A stretch of 52,435 nucleotides of DNA, filler included, from Catajapyx aquilonaris (taxonomy: Eukaryota): assembly GCA_000934665.2 (NCBI GenBank). It is 3 parts of 3 records of this genome, joined end to end, with 100 filler letters (N's around TTAATTAATTAA, not from the genome) between each part and the next. Parts side by side here need not be neighbours in the genome. Positions count along the whole stretch, not along the records: positions 35,413 to 52,435 come from JYFJ02007056.1; 2 more parts are not named here. One strand, written 5' to 3'. Positions 47,834 through 52,435 of this stretch are shown in pieces. The position numbers and the translations under genes were made by a program. The number at the start of each line of letters is the position of its first letter. Within the stretch, counting starts at the first letter, position 1. A model generated the notes under the pieces. It was not told where the DNA came from and did no database searches. It was given only the letters and a program-made list of their open reading frames with translations.

Positions 47834-50385
47834 GTAAGTGCTCAGACTTACTGGGAGCTGAAAATAATAGACATATGCAAGTATTGATTGTCATCAGTAT
47901 AGTGATGGTCAGGGAATGTTGGATATTGTAATTATTACTAATTGCTCTTAGTAACCGCAAAAAGTGGCTAGGTTGTCTTTCTACCGAACAACTTGGCAGT
48001 AAACGGTTAGTGTTACCTCGGCACTATATGTCATTTCCAATGCTAAACCGCGTCTCAATTGGCAGACATGACGGACACGATGCTGCAGGGACCCATGTTA
48101 CACCCCGTAAACGAGCAGATGCATATTTAGCCAATCCGCCTGATAATAATTATTGGTGGCAATTGTGCATTGTGTGCACATGTTGCCACACGCGTGACAA
48201 ACCCATAATTAGATTTGGCGAAAAGATTTACGCTGCCATGGCAGGGGTGTGCAAATCACTAACGTATAAGTAATTGGGTGTACTACGTAGGTTTGCCAAA
48301 ATCAATTTTTATGGATTTATTTTAAATACTGGGCAATGCCAAAATGATTGTCCGTGTGTACTTCCAAGTGCAATAAAATAAGAGCTAAAATTGAGCAAAT
48401 ATATATGTTAAAATGTTAAAATGAAACGTTCGGTTCAGCACTGTTATTTTGTAGCCTACTGTTCTTGGTGTTTTCGATGCCTGCATATGGTGATGTCGCC
48501 AGATTTGGCCGGAATCACTTCCACCCAATTATTCTTAAAAGTGTGAGTTTTCAGAAAAATGTATTTAACGTATAATAATTTCATGTAACTGTATATCAAA
48601 TATACTGGTGAAATGTGACGTTCATATTTTATGACTGCCATTAGACCAACGCTCCTTTTTGACATTTTCACACTTCCTACTGTGCTTCGTTGCATGCACG
48701 TAGTTGAACTCGTGCTTCCAAACAGGAAGGAGTGAAGTTTTGTTATAAGGGCGATTCAAGTGCAGGCCACTTCAATACCTGTTACTTCAAGTCTATCAGG
48801 GATTGATGAGAGGCACAGCCCACTAGTAATATCAACTGAAACCATCATCAACTGCTTCACCAACTTCTTGGGCGGAGCACTTCTGTTCCGGAAGCTGCCA
48901 CCCAGTGATTATAGCGGTAGTGTACTACTTCTGGAGGTAGCAACCCATTTTAAACCTGGTTACAATATCCAGCCCGATCCAGCTATTAAACTAAACAAGG
49001 AAAGTAACGTTCATATTACTAGTACAATAGTGTATAGCTTCAAACTGGCCAAACAAAAAACCTCCAATTTATGACCTACTCACAGAACAGTGTCATTAAA
49101 ACTCATTTAGAATGTAAAAATCCGGTTTTATCTTTTTAATATTCTCTTAAGTTCAAGGTCGATCGTAAATACAGCAGTTGTGTACAGTAGATGGTGGTTA
49201 TGAGAGCTAAAATACGGCATTAAGCAGCATCAACTAACAGACTAAATGTAGTGGAAATGAAGTGCATAATTCACAATAATAATGTTCCTTCGGTGTATTT
49301 TATTTTTGCTCACGGTCAAATAATCCAGGAAACAAAAAAATTGGCCAAATCTCGGAAAAAGTAAAATTTAAGCAATAGCCATTAATATTAGGCATCATGA
49401 CCCATAAAATCGCACCAGCTTTATTTTGTGTAGAACATATAGTAATAGAGAGCAAAAATCATTGCCAAGATGAAATATTACAACTCCAGTTTGGTCTCCT
49501 ACAGAGTGTAACTTTCTGATTCTTTTTAAAAATATCCAACAAGTTTCGACAGTTGATTAAATGGCAGACAAATGCTCTAATTTGTTTCATCAAAATTACC
49601 AGATAATACTACTAGTACTCTAGGCCTACAAATATGAGACAAAGATTGACGCACCAGCTAATATCTCCGCAAGCTGTAAACTGTACTACGCCAAGCTCAT
49701 GCGGAACAGTATTTGTGAAATATTAAAATGGCAGCAAGGCCTATCTCTCCTGTAACACCCTGTACATGGAAACTCCATACTAAAAATGAGAGCCATGCCC
49801 TTATATTGAAAGCAAATTGCTTCATTGTTTCGCTGGGTGGCCTCGTTGGTGCATCATCACGTATGCACCTCACCGACCTGCCTGGTTCCTTTTAATTACA
49901 TATTTTATGCAATTTGGCTTTGCCGTGGAATTCCGTCAAAGGAAACATGCGTTTATTTCGACTCGCTCCAGCTCGGTGCAGCAAGTTTTCGAGGCCAGTA
50001 ATCACAAAGAGTTGCATAAGCGTTTGATCCATTAGTCATGTCTCTTTTTTTTGTTGTTAACTACCACGTACTCTCTTTTTTCGGCAACCACCACCCTCCC
50101 ACGCCTTCACGCAGAAGCAAATTCCTCTAATAAAGTTACAGATCGAATGTGTGTGAATTATATATTTACAAGACCATCAGTCCGTAACTTAACTGTTCTG
50201 TATGGAATTTAAAATTTACTCAAATGTGTACGTCACAAAGGGTATTAAACAGGTTTGTACCCCCAACAATGCTGTATGTGCAGTGACTTAATTTTTTTTT
50301 CTTCATTCAGCAAGACATACTACCCCTGGCAATATGCATCATTTCCAGCAACTTCATATAAGATCATTTGTTTTCTGACTTCCAG

Positions 50386-50472
50386 ATGGTACCAACCAAA
50401 TCAACACTACAATCCATGAAGCTCATCCCGGAGCTGCCATTGTTGTCGTGCAGGAAAATTCCGTGCCAGACG
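50386..50472 (+). CDS. Putative internal exon of the same unidentified gene
   Basis: ttttctgacttccag acceptor, gtgagt donor, 87 nt, phase 1/1. Translation GTNQINTTIHEAHPGAAIVVVQENSVPD. Confidence 0.45.
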
Positions 50473-52157
50473 GTGAGTCATATATCCTGACTAGGTATGC
50501 AACTCACAGAACAGTGTCATGAAAACTCATTTAGAATAGGAAATATTGCGTTGGGAGCCGGAAAAAAAAAGTAACAGAGGTGAATTAGCATTCTGTTTAA
50601 ACGCGTGGAAGACAGAGTGCATGTCAGAAGAGGCACAGGGTGAGGCAGAAAAAAAATCATGCAAGTTGGTATAAAACGACACGGTTCGTTCCGTAAATGG
50701 CGGGATGGAGGGGATGTGGGGGCCTGGGGAGGGGCTTAAAAATCCGCAGCACTATCTGCATCAAGTGAGTCATTTATTTGGGAGAGTAGTCGTCGGTGCT
50801 GTGGGCAAATGAATCTGGGGGAAACACTCCGTGGAAGTGGTTGTTGTACAAAAACAAAACGTTGTTTTCATTAGTAAGAGGTTTAGGGATATGGGCGGGC
50901 TGGAGGAGGGAGTGTGCATGGGTTTCAAACGTATCTCTTTATGGGTTTCAAGGCGTATGGGTACAACACTGTTGGAAGAGTTAGTTTTGAAAAATAACGC
51001 CAGTAAAACATGTCTGCTTATTGGACGTGTACAGGAAAATCCCTACGTTATTTGTGGCAATAAGTTTGAATTAAAAATAACTGCACTGTAACGCAGACCA
51101 TTTCCAGACTGCTGCGTCATCACTAAATTCCATGTTACAGTGTCGCTTTATTAACAGCGACAACAGGCTGTAACGAGAAGGAATGTTTCCAACTTCAGAT
51201 AGAGGCTAATACGTTATTTTTTAACATGCTAAAAAGGTGAAATTATCTGACTGAATGACTATAATATATTTTGGCTGATCAATTTATACCGAAACCTATT
51301 TGTTCAATTGCCAAACCATGTACCTAGTTCTCGGCTACACTGCGTAGGTCCCAAAACCAGAAGCAGGTGATAGGTCCAGCCTAGTCCGAATTTTCATTTA
51401 TTTGGTTGGGGGAAATAATGTTCACTCGGAGACCTAATGAAAGCGTCCATCAAATCTGCCCAATTCAGTTTAAACTTGCTCGTTCTCTCGAGAGTGATTG
51501 GTCTCTCTGTCCCCCACTGCACCCTCCGGTCCCACCACCCTCCTCTCCCCATCCCCTAAAAAACCCCTACCAAACAGATGAACTAGTTGTTCATTAATGA
51601 TCCACTTGGCCATCCAGAGCTCTAAAGCGGCAGAATGGATGATTGTCCTGTCGCCCTGATTCAGATGTGATTATGTTAATCGAATGCGCAGGGAGAGATT
51701 CTACCACCCACACTTTTTTTTCCGAAAATTTTTATTCACCAGGGTTACTCGGCTCTTCTGATATTAGCTAACCAGCAGAATTTATCCAGAATTAGTGGGG
51801 AGCGCGACACAGTTTAAATTGACTCTAATTTTATTAAGGGCCAGTTCCAATGCAAACTATATGAGCTCCCCACCGACCCTATAGTGATGGCGTAAAAAAT
51901 GGGGAGAGAATCTGTACTATCGGAATCTTCAAATGATTTCTAGATTTTAATATGCATTTGTCGTCATAGGAAATCTTGTGGTTGACCTTTCACCTGACAC
52001 CAGAAAATTTAAAACAAGTCTACAAGCGAAATCCACTAAACCCAATTTTAGAGATTTTTAGTTCTATTACGCCACTAAGTAGCAACTTTTCTGATCTATG
52101 GCCTGTCTTCAGTCAAAGTTTCGTAATGAGCAGCAATCCATGATCCGCTTCACTCTA

Positions 52158-52435
52158 CAGGGTGTTTACGACCTAACTTTACAAACTTCTAGGGGTGATA
52201 GAGGGGACCAAGACAAACATTTTTGACATAGGAACCCGTGTCCGGAAGCGCCATCTAGAGGGGGTTCATAGACAAGGAACGGGTGCGCTCAGACGCGTCA
52301 CGCGAGAGGCGCTAGTCGAGCGGACTGTTTTGTTGATGGATGGTGCTCGGATAGTAACCAACGATGCGATGTGCCATAACGTGGCAACAGCAGAGCCATC
52401 TAGCAATTAAAGTCCTCCTCCTAGGAGACCCGCGG
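52158..52435 (+). mobile_element. Left end of a Tc1/mariner-type element (runs off the window)
   Basis: TA|CAGGGTGTTT...ttctaggggtgatagagggga...ataggaacccgtgtccggaa, typical of rosa-like TIRs. The partner end is not in the window. Confidence 0.45.

Overview
This is eukaryotic DNA, most likely from an arthropod. It consists of three contigs (1-17039, 17140-35312, 35413-52435) joined by artificial 100-bp spacers (44 N + TTAATTAATTAA + 44 N), so adjacency across the spacers is unproven. Recognisable host genes are the first five coding exons of the LRR E3 ligase LRSAM1 (+, 13469-15422, 3' part absent) and one N-terminal exon of eIF4B (-, 25271-25417). Contig 1 carries a local duplication with two copies of a GC-rich, intronless, orphan coiled-coil ORF: one intact (1137-2105) and one frameshifted near its end (7760-8644). 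Most of the rest is a dense, nested set of non-autonomous DNA transposons (Tc1/mariner MITEs, a rosa-like transposase remnant, and piggyBac-, hAT-, Chapaev3-, Sola2-, Tigger- and Spy-like elements) plus tRNA-derived SINEs. Because paralogous empty sites lie inside the window, several mechanisms can be read directly: two TSD-less insertions between AAA and TTT (Spy signature), three TA-NNN-TA 5-bp footprints (two of which altered the orphan ORFs), fold-back hairpins, and concerted evolution of MITE arms. No CRISPR, rRNA or bona fide tRNA gene was found. I cannot support a claim of a wholly new multi-gene system; the best novelty candidate is the orphan coiled-coil gene family.
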